From assembly GCF_030684315.1 (NCBI RefSeq), contig NC_081384.1, positions 31,272,935-31,336,934 on the forward strand: a stretch of DNA of 64,000 nt, read 5' to 3'. Position numbers and translations under genes: made by a program. Under the pieces are notes generated by a model, which had not been told where the DNA came from, did not search any database, and was given only the letters and a program-made list of their open reading frames with translations. Shown here piece after piece: positions 24,904-37,375 of the stretch. Origin of the DNA: Stegostoma tigrinum (lineage: Eukaryota). Every line of letters begins with the position of its first letter. The stretch's first letter is position 1.

Positions 24904-27900
24904 CTCTCAGGAAACAATTTATTTCAGAAAGAGCTACTCCAGACCCTTTCAATCCATTTATATTCAGTAAAATTCTGAGGTGTGTACATCACAGTGTGCA
25001 AATAAAAGAAAGTACAATTGTAAAAAAATAATTTTTCAATCTTGAGGCAACCTGAAAATGTTATAGAGGTAATGCGAGGATCAAAGTAGCTGTCAATGTA
25101 AGGAAACTCCTGACACAATGGTTGGTTAACCTTCAGTGAAGCTGAGGGTCTCTCCAGAACAGGTAGCAAATTGTTTCTTCAGTGGCTTATTAATTTTATC
25201 TGACTTGGCAGTCTCTTTGTGTGACATTGCAATCACAGTTCTATTGGTATTGGAAAATAAGGCTTTTAGGATGAAAATATATTTTGACACTTATAAAAAC
25301 AAGATAGATTTCTTTTAGAAAATACCATTTGAGATACAGTGAATAAATAAATCTGAATCATGAAGTTGTAAGTATAGCGTCCTTAGGGGAGGAAAAAAGG
25401 ATTAGTTTGGACCTATTGTCTGCCACTGAGTTTTTCTTTATTGCTATTCTCAGTCTATTTTTACTGATTGATGGAGATCAATTGCCATGATAAGTTAAAT
25501 AGCTCCATTAATGTTGTATCATTTGACTTAAAAGTGGCAGATAATGAATTAGAAGGACCTCCGTCTTTTTCTGTTGTATTTCCTAGAGAAGTAGTGATGT
25601 GACATAGTCATTGGTTGTTTAATATTCTTGGTCATGGTGAAGGGTGTTGCTGGATGAAGTATCTCTACTTCCTAGATAAAGAACGTTTTTACTCCTGTTA
25701 GCTAAGTAGTTCCTGTAAAACCAATTAATATTTTTCAGACGTAACTGTAACACACAATACACTATTTTTTGCCTGTTTTAAGTTTTTCTGATTTTTCATT
25801 TCTGCCACTTTCTAATTTATACTATGAGAAACTGTAATGTGGAACTTTTAACTTTTCTTCTAATTTCTTTATTTTTGTACCTAATGTATTTTAATACCAA
25901 AGATTATACCTAGGTGCTTTGTACCTAAGCACCTTAAGTGGTGACATTGTACACATTTCATTGCACACCCGTACTTTATACTTAGGTATATGTGACAATA
26001 AGTCTAATTCTTTTTCTCTTTCTGCGCTCCTATTTCCTTCTCTGATTCATCTTTTGGACTCCAGAGGTTGTGTTTGATTCTAATCCTTTCTTCATTATTT
26101 GCTTTGTTTCTTTTTTTCATTGGCAGAGGAAATCGTTATTAGACTTGTGTTGCCAAGGTTGCAAATGCAACATTGCCATTGCTATGCTGTTATTGGATTT
26201 ACTTAGAACAGTTTATAATACAGTCATTGCATGATGTCAGTGGTGTGCACAAATTCTATTGTTGTTTGCTGTCAACATTACATTGCAGCAATTTCTGGCC
26301 CACTGAGTATCCTGAATGGACAGTGTGACTAAAATATAAATATTATACAGCAGTTAACATTTGATTTTCAACCTGACTATTGCTACCTGTGTATGTTGTA
26401 AAATTGCAGTCAATTGTTACCAGTTTCATGGATCAGCAACAAAAGCCTCCACATTTCCCCAGTTAAGGCTGGGTGAACTGTGAATAAAGAAAAATAATTA
26501 ATTAACAGTATAGCATGTGTTTGCCTGATATGGAATCAGTGGAATTATTTTGTTGGTTGAAGTCCTTAAACTGCAAATCTGTTCTTTGTATATCTGCTGG
26601 TGCCTTTGGCATGTGAATGTATTTTTTAGTGAGCTAACTAATCAGTTGAACCGACCTGATCTTTTTAGTTACGTAGATGGCATGAGACCAAAGGTATTCA
26701 CAACAATGAAAGTGGACATTTTGGTGTTTCTGGGCTGGCTCTGTACCAGCCTCCAAACTTCTGAGTTCTGACCTCTTTCTGCCCATTCTCCAGATCCTTG
26801 TTGAATGTCTGTTACTTCCCTAATGCTACCCATTAGCCTTTTTATGATCCCTCTGCTATACACTGTGTTGTTCCTGCTCTTAAGTTTTATATTATACTCC
26901 CCTAATCACTTCAAGAACCCACAGATATGCACCAGAAAGTTTCCTGGGGCAATTCAGGTGGCACATCAGTCTTTGGGCTAATTGAGGCCCCTGACTGATC
27001 GGTAAATATCAAATAAAGGGGCTCCTGCAGCTCTGGCACAATTTTTTCCCCTGGCAGGAAAAAGCCAGTGCTATGCATGAGGCCTGACAAATCTTGGCCT
27101 GGTGACAGAAAAGAGGGAGTATCTCCTTTGCAGACCCTTTGTGCCAAACAGAGAATTATGAAAGCATGATCTGTCCTCGCTGTATTTTCCATCTCCACAC
27201 CCCTGGCATGCCAGCTGCCATTCCCTAATTACCTCAGTTTCTAGCTGTATTGATGATCATTTTTGAATACCGTCATAGGAATTGCTGTTGCTCCGTGTAG
27301 TGCTGCTGGCACCAGGAAACTGCTAGCCATTTGATTGGCTTACAGCTCTTGGAAGTAGACCATCTCAACAGAGGAGGCAGAAGACCCACCTTGAGCTGTG
27401 TATTGTCCATCCAGCAGCTAAATTGCTTGAGGTGATCTGGCTAAGATCGCCGTCAGCAATTGGGTAGAATGGGACCCCAATGCAGTCTAAAATCTAAGCT
27501 GCCAAGTACATTTCTGGTCAGTGATAACCTTTGGCAGTGTTGATGGTTGAAGATTTCTGGATCATGTTGTGTAGCCTTGATGTCCTATCAGGATCATGCG
27601 CAGGCAAAATTAAAGATGAGCTCCAGGAAAACAACATTTTCAAAAATTCATTCACAGAATATGATGACATTAGTAAGACCAGCATTTATTGCCCAATCCC
27701 AACCACCCTTGTGAAGTTAATAATGAAGCCTCTTTAATGTCAATCTGAGGCCAACTGCTTTTATAGAATGAATCACAGACTTTTTGATCTAAGTGAGATA
27801 AATTGGAGTGTTTGTAAGTGGTGAGAATGTAGGAATTGTAAATGAAGAAAGAGATCTGGGAGTTGAAGTGCATAAGTCATTTCAATCGAGTAAGCATTCC

Positions 27901-28337
27901 ACATTCTAAATGCTTGCTGTGGAAAAGGTTTTTCCTTACACAACAGATGGTAGGAACATAGGAACCGAAGTAAACTATTGAGCCCATTGAGTTTGCTCCA
28001 TCCTTTAGTGTAATCGTGGCTGATCAAACCTTTCAATGACTTTTACACAATGACTTTTACCCCATAACCCTGGCATAAAGAATTCCAAAGACTCACCACG
28101 TTCTAAATAAAAAAAAATTCTCATCATCTCAGTCCTAAATGGTATCCCTCTTATTTTTAAATTGTACCTCCTGGTTATTAACTCCCCGAACAAGTAAAAC
28201 ATCTTACTTGCATGTATCTGCCTATCCCTTTAAATATTTTGTAGATTTCAATTAGATCACTTTTCATTCTTCAAAATTCTAGAGAGTAAAGGCTTGGTTT
28301 ATTCAATCTCTTCTCATACAGATCCCAGAAACATGAG

Positions 28338-29357
28338 ATAACGCAGTGTGGAGCTGGAGGAACACAGCAGGCAGGTAGCATCAGAGGAGTGGGAAAGTTG
28401 ACATTTCGGGTCAGGATCTTTCTTCAGAAATGATGGAGTGGGAAGGGAGCTTAGAAATAAATAGAGAGGAGGGGTGTGGCTGAGGAAGGTAGGTGGGATG
28501 GTGATAGGCAAGTGCAGGTAGACAGTGGCGGGGATTGGTTGGTGAGGTGGGAGGTGCGGATAGGCAGAGAAGACGGACAGGTTATGTCAGGCCAAGGAAG
28601 CAGGAATGAGAGGGAGGGTTGGTCATGGGATGAGGGCAGGGTTGGGGAGATTTTGAAACTGGTAAAGTCCACATTGAGACCATTGGGCTGTAGTCTCCCA
28701 AGGCGGAATATGAGGTGTTGCTCCTCCAGTTTCCAGGTGGCATCATTGTGACACTGGAGGAGGCCCAGGATGGACAGGTCACCCAGGGAGTAGGAGGGGG
28801 AGTTGAAATGGTTCATGATCGGAAGGTGTTGTTTTTCACTAACAGAGCACTACAAAGAGGTCTACAAGCATCCGGTTGGTCTCACCGATGTAGAGGAGGC
28901 CACATCGGGAGCAGCGGATGCAATAGACCTCATTGACATATGTGCAGTGAACCTCTGAATGATGTGAAAGGTTTGTTTTGTGCCTTGAAGGGAGGTGTCG
29001 AGGCAGGTCTAGCATTTTCTGCGATTATAGGGAAAGTTGCTAGGCATGGTGGGGGTAGTGGGGAGCATGGAGTGGACACTGGAGTCGCGGAGAGAGCAGT
29101 CCCAGTGAAAAGCAGATTGGGGTGGGGGCGAATATATCTTTGGTTGTGGGGTCGGATTGTAGTTGAAGGAAGTGACAGAGAATGATACATTGGATATGGA
29201 GGTTAGTGGGGTGATATATGAGAACAAAGGGGATTCCGTCTTTGCTTCTGTTGCGGGGAGGGGATATGATGTTTCTCTTGTTGCTGCGTGGCCTACTATG
29301 TTCCTCCATCCCCATATTGTGTACTGTCTGACTCCAGCATCGACAGTTCTTACTATC
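28338..29357 (-). mobile_element. Penelope-like element, 5'-truncated, GIY-YIG end plus inverted terminal copy; perfect 15-bp TSD
   Basis: ORF HFNSPSYSLGDLSILGLLQC.NDAT.KLEEQHLIFRLG.LQP.GLN is the PLE endonuclease C-terminus. TSD tcccagaaacatgag at 28323-28337 and 29358-29372. 29283-29357 is an inverted copy of the tail. Confidence 0.88.
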
Positions 29358-30004
29358 TCCCAGAAACATGAGCCTTCATGGTACTCCTTCTGTGGCAATA
29401 ATGACCTTCCTGAGATAAGGAGACTAAAAATTGCAGGTGCGCTCTAACTAAGCTCCTATACACTTGAAACAAGACTTCAGTACTCCTGTGCTCAAATTTT
29501 CATGCGATAAAGATTTAAATTTGTTTAGTCTTCCTAATAGCTTGCTGAACCTTCATGTTAGTTTTCAGTGACTTATTGATAAGGATACCCAAGTTGCTTT
29601 GCATAACTGTATTTTCCAACCTCTCACCATTTGAAAACGTACCCTGCAGATTTGTTCTTCCTGCCAAATTGGATTATCTCAGCTCTTTTAAAATGATATT
29701 CCATGTGCCATTTTTTGCATGATCAATAACCCTGTTCAAATCCTCCTGAAAACACTTTACGCTTTCCATACAACACACTTTTTTGTACAAATTTGAAAAT
29801 AGTATACTTGGCCCCCATGTCCAAAACATTGATATATATTGTAAACAGCTGGGGCCCAAGTACTAACCCTCACAGTGACCCAATAATCATAGTCTGTCAA
29901 TGTAAGAGGGTCTCATTTATTGATACTCTCTGCTTTCTGTCTTTTAGCCAATCCTTAATCTGTACCATCATATTATCTTTTATACCATGCACTTTAATTT
30001 TGCA

Positions 30005-30600
30005 CAGAAATCACATGACATCAGATTATAATCCAGCAGGTTTATTGAAATCACAAGCTTTCAGAGCACTTCTCCTTGATCTCAAGTGGAGGGAACCACA
30101 CAGGCACAGAATATATAGGTGGAGAACAATGGCAAAATAATTCCAGTTAATTAAGAATGTCAAGAGATAAGTACAAGTAGTGTTGAGTGGAGTGTCGACA
30201 GCTGAATAACAAGTCTTTGCAGGTGATCAATAGTATCAAATAGTGTGAGTAAAAAGTCAACAGTTGAAGAAGGGATTACCTATGAACTGATTAACTAAGG
30301 CGAAGGAGATAATTACAAAAATCAAAAATAACATGGTGCTAGAGACAAACAAAATGGCTGGAATAACAGGATAAGTGTCAGAGTCACCATCACCTTGATA
30401 ACTTGTTATTATCTCTCTACCTTAATTAATTTGTACAGTTTTGGATTATTTGTTACTTTAGTTAGACACTCGTTATGAGACTGATACCTATCATCATTTG
30501 AAAATTTGTGATTTGAAATATACCTATTGTTCTATAACCTGGTGTCTGTGACTTCTGACTTTGCCCACCCCAGTCCAACACCAGCACCTCTACATCCTAG
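30005..30600. mobile_element. Non-autonomous Penelope-type element of another family, with inverted ends
   Basis: gaaatcacatgacatcagattata...aaatcacaagctttc (30007-30062) is inverted at ~30500-30555. Flanking taattttgc direct repeat. Degenerate hammerhead-like core on the minus strand near 30057-30085. Confidence 0.6.
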
Positions 30601-31042
30601 CTATAATTTTGCTAACCAATCTCCTGTGGGGATCTTGGCAAAAGTCTTCTGAAAAACCAAATAGAAGACATCCATTGACTCCCTTTAATCAATTTTGTTA
30701 ATAACGTTCACAGAAAGTTCCAACAAGTTTGCCAAACACAATTTTCCAGTCACAAATCTGTGTTGACATTGCCTAATCAGATCAGTATTTTTCTGAATGT
30801 CCATTTACCGCATCCTTTATAATAGAGATTCCATTTTCTCTGCTACTGATATAATGCTGATGGGTCTGCAGTTCCATATTTTGTTTCCCTTGTTCCTATC
30901 TTAAATAGTGGGTGGCATTTTCAAATTTCCAATCTGCAGGAATCATTCCACAAATTGTACAAGAGTATCATGAATGTATCAACTATATCTGCAGCCAACT
31001 CCTTCAACACTCTGGAGTCTACATTATCAAGTCCTGGGACCT

Positions 31043-31232
31043 GAGATAACAAGGTGTAGAGTTGGAGGAACACAGCAGGCCAAGCATCATCAGAGGAGCA
31101 GGAGAGTTGACATTTCAGGTGAAACGTCAGCTTTCCTGCTCCTCTGAGGCTGCTTGGCCTGCTGTGTTCATCCAACTCTACACCTTGTTATCTCAGATTC
31201 TCCAACATCGGCAGTTCCTATAATCTCTGTAA
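31043..31232. mobile_element. Palindromic mini-Penelope (head-to-head termini) with 15-bp TSD
   Basis: gagataacaaggtgtagagttgga...cagaggagcagg is inverted as cctgctcctctg...tccaactctacaccttgttatctc. TSD caagtcctg(g/a)gacct at 31028-31042 and 31233-31247. Confidence 0.85.
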
Positions 31233-33589
31233 CAAGTCCTGAGACCTATCAACTTTCAGCCCATTAATTCTCCTAGCTTTTTTTTTCAACTGCTCATTCT
31301 TCGCAGTAACTTAGATCTCTATATTTTTAAAGATTTCCTGCTTCTTCCTCAGTGAAAACAGTCACTAAGTTATCAATTAGCTTTTCTGCCATTTCTCTAA
31401 TTCCCATTACAAGTTCTGCTAACTCTCCTTTAAATGTATTCAGTCTTCTTAGCAAAACATTTACTTTTTACATACCTGTAGAAGTTTGCAGTCCACTTTA
31501 ATGGTTTTTGGTAGATTGCATTTATATTCGAGTTTTTCTTTCCATACCAACCCTTGAATTTATTAATATTTCTGGCCACTTTATAAGCCTCTTCTTTTAA
31601 TCATACGCAATCCCCAAATTCCTTTGTCAGCCATGATTGATTGACCCTTTTTGAATTATTACACTTTTTATACATTTTTAGGAATGTATAATTGCTGTAA
31701 GCCACATAATACTTCTTTATAGATTGTCCATGGTCTATGGTACAGGAGTGCCCTTTAATATCCTTTACAAATTCAGCTCAATTAACTTGTGCCTCATGTT
31801 TTCATAATTTCCCTTATTTAACTTTAATGCCCTTGCATCAGATTGATCTACTGTACTCTCAAATACAATGTAAAATTCTATCATGCTGTGGTCACTCACA
31901 CTGAAAGGTTCTTTTACAAAATTATTAATTAACTCTTTTTCATTATATAAAAATATACCCAAAATAACCTGCCCTCCAGTCAACTCTTCAACATGCTGCT
32001 CGAGAAAACCATTCTTAAGATACACCAAAAACTTGTCCACTGTGGCTTTAGTGCTCATTTGGTTTATCCAGGCAATGTAGAGATTGAAACCATGTATGAT
32101 TACAATGTTGCATATGCCACAAGCTTCTCTCATCTATACCATACCCTTCACTACTATTACTATTTGATGACCTGTTGATAACTCCAACCACTGTCTGCAG
32201 GCCCTTGCTGTTTCTTAGTTCCACCAAACAGATTCCAACATTGTCCTTCCAATCTGAGATCCTCCCATATCAACGTACTAACCTATCTCATGTTATCAGT
32301 GCAACTCTACTTCCTTTTCTTTCTTGTCCATCCTTCCGCAATGTCAAAAATCCTTCAATATTCAATTCCCTGCCCTCGTCACAATGCAGTCATGTTTCTG
32401 TAGTGTCATTGATATCATAATCACCTATCTCTATTTGTGCCTATAGATCATCCTGGTATTGTGTTCAGAATGACTGCAGGAGAAAACCATGCTATTCTAA
32501 ATTTATGAAAATTATTTTGTCTGTGCCATTTTCTCTTTTGAACTATCTATACCTCAACAAGGTAACAATTTTCTTCTCATAGATTAACCCATGACATTTA
32601 TGTTTATGTGCATTCCCTCAAATCCTTGTTTGGTCATTGAGATAATTCTTGTTTGGAATACTTGTTTGGAATGTGGATAAGCCAAGTATTAAGCTCAATT
32701 TATTTTCACTGACTTAGGAAATTCTATTATCAAAATTGTATTCATTATCTCTGATTTTCCCCAGAATAAAAAGGGCAGTAATATGTTTTGTGGCTGGAAT
32801 AGTTTATGATTTCAGATTATTAATTAATTATTTTGGAAACATGATTCAAGAACTCTTAATAAGCAACCCACCATTGGATTATTGGGTGTCAGAGTAGGTC
32901 TGCAATCGGGAATAGTTAGAAGTAAAATAACAAATTGGTGCAAGTATTACCCATATTTGACAATTCAGGGCAATGAGCATCTTGCTTTATTAGCTTAAAG
33001 ATGTAAACCTTGAAATGTCATAGCTTTACATACAGATTCATATAAATTTTTTTCTTGAGCAACAGATTGGATAAAAAAGTTGTTTCTGCCTTTTTCAGTA
33101 CCAGAAATTATTTTCTACCTCCCCTCAAGATCTTTCTTCACCCAAGTTTCCAAAATTAGTTTGGCTGTTCTTTTGATCTGCGGAATTTAGGTTGCCACAG
33201 GGAATATTGATAAGGCCATTTACTGCAGGAGTTTATCAGATTACTGCTGATACACTTGTTTGGGGAACTGGTCAATGGTAACATTTTCGATTACAAAAAC
33301 AGCATGAGCTAGGGCCCTTCAGCTGATAGCATTGCTGTGTCTCCCAAGAAATAGGGCACAGTAGATGGTTCTAAATTGCTTTACGAACTTCTGTAGGTAA
33401 TGCTGCAGAAACAAATGACTTCTCCAACTTGGTGAAATCAAAAAAAACAAATCAATAGATAGCATGTAAATTACAAGGCTGCTGCTGCTGCAGCTATGAA
33501 CAGTAATCCCACCAAAATTTGCTTCAGTGACAGTAGACGAGCAATACAACGAAATACATATCTAAGATTTGAGTAGATTTGTAGCTTGG

Positions 33590-34330
33590 CTTGTGGATGT
33601 TGTGGTTGGTTGGCATGCCAAGCTGGTTCATTGTTCCGCAGACATTTCATTACCCTGCTGGGTGGCATCATCAGTGTAGCCTCCGATGAAGAACTGTTGT
33701 GTTTTCATGCCTGTTATTTAGACTTGGGTGTCCGTTGAGCTGGATTACCTCACTTCCGGTTTTACTTCGCAATGGAGTGTATATTGGGCCTAGTTCTATG
33801 TGTTTATTGATGGCTTTCTTAGTGGAGTACCAGGCTTCTAGGAATTCTCGTGCTCGTCTCTATTTTGCATGTCCCAGGATCCTGGTGTTGTCCCAATCGA
33901 ATTGTTGGTTCTCCTTATCCATGTGGATGAAGATGAGTGAATATTGGTCGTGTCTTTTCATTGCCAGTTAATGTTTGTGTACCCCTGTGGTTAATTTCCT
34001 TCCTGTTTGTCCAAAGTGGTGTTTGTTGCAGTCTTTACAGGGAATCTTATATATGACATTGGCCCTGTCCATAGTGGATAGTGGCCCTTTGGTTCTGGGG
34101 AGTAGTTGGCGTAGGGTTGATTTGGGTCTGTATGCTACTTTGATGCCCAGTGATTATAGGAGTCTTGTGGTCAGTTCAGATGTGCTCCTGATGTAAGGTA
34201 GTATGGTGAGTGTGTAGGGGCGTGTAGTATCTTCCTGTTGTCATGCATGTGATAAGCATTTTCTGACCCATTTTTTTCGGGTATCCATCATATTTATACT
34301 TGGAAGAGGTACTCTTCTTCTTGGAAAATG
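33590..34330 (-). mobile_element. Penelope-like element of a distinct family (GIY-YIG fragment plus terminus)
   Basis: The minus strand reads TLPYIRSTSELTTRLL...VIYKIPCKDCNKHHFGQTGRKL...REFLEAW, a GIY-YIG-type endonuclease. Hammerhead-like core at 33641-33674. Confidence 0.82.
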
Positions 34331-34404
34331 CTCCAATGAAAACGAAATCTTAGGAAACAATATCATAATTTTTCACCTCAGTTTTACCATGAGCAGCAGA
34401 ATAA

Positions 34405-34540
34405 AATTAATAAAAGCGAACGGATGCTGAAGGTATGAAACTAAAACAGAAAATGCTGGAGAAACTCATCAGGTTGAGAAGCAGCTGTTGTGACAGATGT
34501 AAAGCTGCAAGTCCAATATGATTTTTCTTCAGAACTTCAA
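34405..34540 (-). mobile_element. Penelope terminus fragment
   Basis: ggatgctgaagg...aaaacagaaaatgctggagaaactca.cagg is homologous to 51250-51390 and 61125-61200. Confidence 0.55.
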
Positions 34541-35214
34541 ATGAGGCTCGAAAGAGAAAAGTCTTATTTGTAATACAGGGTTTTTGATAGAGGATATTTA
34601 ACTTGTGTTTTGTTCTCCCAAATTTTGACCGCAACACTGGGCCTTGAAATGACTAGATCGAGCTCGGTGGTTGAATTTTACGAGAAGTCAGCTATGTGTC
34701 AATTTGGTGAGTTTCATAGACGGCTTCTCTCCTCTAGCCCTTGCAAGCATTTTTGTGTGATTCTCAGCAGGTGACCATAGAGCACTGTGCCTCTATGGCA
34801 CTCTGCTGACACAGTATTCTGCGCTGTAATGGTGAGCTGCTTACCACTGCTGGGACTTTGAGGGATTCCCAGCGCTTGATGCCATTCTTAAAGTCCATTT
34901 GTGCATCAGTCAAGCACTGCCACCCAGGCGTTGATCTTCACAGTAGATCTTGTGGATGGTAAATGAAAAAGAACTATGTCTGAGGAAACATGGGCAACAC
35001 AGCTTTACGCCATTTAAAAATCTACCTGCACTGACTACCTGTCCTTTGTGTAATCTCATCTCAGAATCCTGTCAGTCAGTGTGCTACTGTTTCTGTAATG
35101 TCTAATGTAGCCAAACATCATCTTATTAATCAATATGGGAGTATCACATGTCAGAAAACCTTCAAATCATTGAAAACATTCACTTTTACACAGCAACAGT
35201 AAAAATGATGAAAA

Positions 35215-36350
35215 GACAATCAAAGATAATAAGTTTGCAGATGACATCAAAGCAGGAGGTGATGTGCACAGCGAAGAAGGCTATCTCAGTGTACAATGGG
35301 ATCTCAGTCAGATGAGCCAATGAACTGAGAATGATGGAATTTAATTTGATAAATGTGAGGTACTGTATTTTGGAAAGGCAAATCAGGGCAGGACTTATAC
35401 ACTTAATGGTCAGGTCCTGGGGAGTGTTGCTGAACAAAGAGACCATGGAGTGCAGATTCATTGTTCCTTGAAAGTAGAGTCACAGGTAGGCAGGATAGTG
35501 AAGAAGGCATTTGGCATGCTTGCCTTAATTGGTCAGTGCATTGAGTATAGGAATTGGACGGACATGTTGTGGCTGTACAGGACATTTGTCAGGCCACTAT
35601 TGGAATACTGCTTTCAATTCTGGTCTCCCTGCTATAGGAAGGATGTTGTGAAACTCGTAAGGGTTCAGGATTTGCAAAGATGTTGCCCGGGTTGGAAGGT
35701 TTGAGGGAGAGGTAGAGGCTGAATAGGCTGGGGCTATTTTCTCTGGAGCATTAGAGGCTGAGGGGTGACCTTATAGAAGTTTATAAAATCATGAGGGGAA
35801 TGGATTTGGTAAATAGACAAAGTATTTTCCCTGGTGGGGGAGTCCCAAACTAGAGGGTTTCGTTTTAAGGCGAGAGGGGAAAGATTTAAGAGGAACCTAA
35901 GGGGCAATGTTTTCACGCAGAGGATGGTGCCTGTATGGCCTGAGCTACCAGAGGATGTAGTGGAGGCTGGTATAATTACAACATTTAAAAGGCATCTGGA
36001 TGTGTACATGAACAGGAAAGGTTTAGAGGGATATGGGCCAAATGCTGGCAAATCAAACTAGATTTATTTAGGATTAAAATTGTATCAGAGGTAATAGGAA
36101 CTGCAGATGCTGGAGAATCCGAGATAACAAGATGTAGAGCTGGATGAACACAGCAGGCCAAGCAGCATCGTAGGAGCAGGAAGGCTGATGTTTCAGGCCT
36201 AGACCCTTCATCTGATGCTGCTTGGCCTGCTGTGTGCATCCAGCTCTACACCTTGTAATCTTAGATTTATTTAGGGTATCTGGTTGTCATGGACGAGTTG
36301 GACCATAGGATCTGTTTCCATGCTGTACATCTCTCTGATTCTATGACGCT
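35215..36350 (+). mobile_element. CR1 LINE (HER1-like) 3' portion, with a mini-Penelope inserted in its 3' UTR
   Basis: KFADD, LYRTFVRPLLEYCFQFWSP and FKARGERFKRNLRGNVFTQR motifs. Tail ggacgagttggacc...ctgtacatctct.tgattctatg. Confidence 0.92.
36073..36261. mobile_element. Palindromic mini-Penelope with 14-bp TSD
   Basis: Inverted arms acaagatgtagagctggatgaacacagcaggccaagcagcatc / gatgctgcttggcctgctgtgtgcatccagctctacaccttgt. TSD tagatttatttagg at 36059-36072 and 36262-36275. Confidence 0.88.
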
Positions 36351-36599
36351 ATAGGCTGTATTTGCTTCCGGGAACAGACAGAGGCAGCTTGCCTTTTGAA
36401 CAGTGACAATGAATCATCACTGCAACCAGCTCACATCTATTGGAACCAAAGTTTTAAATAACCAACTGTCTAGCTTGTTGCACTTGATGAAGCACTGTTC
36501 TATCATGTTCATGCTATCATTCCTCCTGCCCAATGTTCTCGTCTTCCTCTTTGGAAGACTGCTGTCGATCTCCCAGCTGTTCAGAGTCTTCAGATTGCC

Positions 36600-36990
36600 T
36601 ATTCCAGCTGTGCAGAGGGCAGCAGATGAGGACTGTGCAACACACTGTGTGTGCAGTCTGTTCATCATCAGGCCTATCATCTGCTCCTCAATGGCCCTGG
36701 TTAGAGAATGGGCAGGATTCTATCTATGCTCAGCCTCAGATAGGGGTTTTTGTAACAGAACCATGGACCATGGTGGCAGAGGTTGCTCCTTGCCTCTCAA
36801 TAACAATCCTTATAAAGCACCTAGTCCTTGAATCAAAGGAAGACCATGAGAGTTCTTCTTCAAAGAAGTGGGTATCACAGCAGCTCCCAGTGTTCCTGGG
36901 TGCAAACGTACAAGATGTAGTATTAAAGATGATGATATTAACTGACTTGTATACTGAAAGAATGAAATCCTATTCTCTTGTTGAAGTCAG
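36600..36990 (-). pseudogene. PIF/Harbinger DDE transposase fossil
   Basis: Minus strand reads ...RNTGSCCDTH... then GLLLRGKEQPLPPWSMVLLQKPLSEAEHR*NPAHSLTRAIEEQMIGLMMNR. This matches the Harbinger/HARBI1 pattern PGSxHD...LLGDxGYPLxPWLMTP...YNxAHxxTRxxIExxIGLLK. Confidence 0.7.
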
Positions 36991-37211
36991 CTACATTATG
37001 ATAAGATGCCCTCAAAACAACATGTGTATAAGTTTCTAGTGCTTTGCACCTCCGGGAAGCAAGATATGTTGGCAAAGCTAAGTGCCAGGCTGCAACACTG
37101 ATCTTTTAATTAGGAAATTAGATGAAGTGGTGTTATCTGGCTCAAATTACATCAGTAACAGCCTTGATGCTGTTTTGAGAGTTATGAAATCCCACACAAG
37201 TCCTCCAGTGG

Positions 37212-37375
37212 ATCATAGATCATAGAATCCCTACAGTGTGGAAACAGCCCTTAGGCCCAATATGTTCACACCGACCCTCAGGGCATCCCTCCAGACCCAT
37301 CCCTCTATACATCCCTGAACACTATAGGCAATTTAGCACGGCCAATCGACCTGGCCTGCACATCTTTGGACTGTA
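37212..37375 (-). mobile_element. V-SINE (HE1-like) 3' half
   Basis: catagaatccctacagtgtggaaacag.cct...gcacatctttggactgt is the reverse complement of the SINE tail. Confidence 0.8.

Larger units (their letters stand above)
27950..32450 (-). mobile_element. Long decayed CR1 LINE (3' UTR, RT, endonuclease) interrupted by three Penelope-type insertions
   Basis: 3' UTR at ~27950-28320, RT words at 29450-31020, and endonuclease-region ORF FLEQHVEELTGGQVILG...SDHSMIEF at 31765-32133. Confidence 0.8.

Noticed and set aside
26127-26232. Strong polypyrimidine acceptor followed by RKSLLDLCCQGCKC...
   Set aside because: No similarity to LRRC37, no good donor, and an early stop. Unsupported without RNA data.
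26940-27500. GC-richer blocks (also 1040-1680, 34660-34990, 41450-41720) that might be non-autonomous DNA transposons
   Set aside because: I could not identify paired TIRs or TSDs by eye.
36403-37039. 142-aa and 168-aa plus-strand ORFs
   Set aside because: Antisense to a Harbinger transposase fossil, with no recognisable domain.
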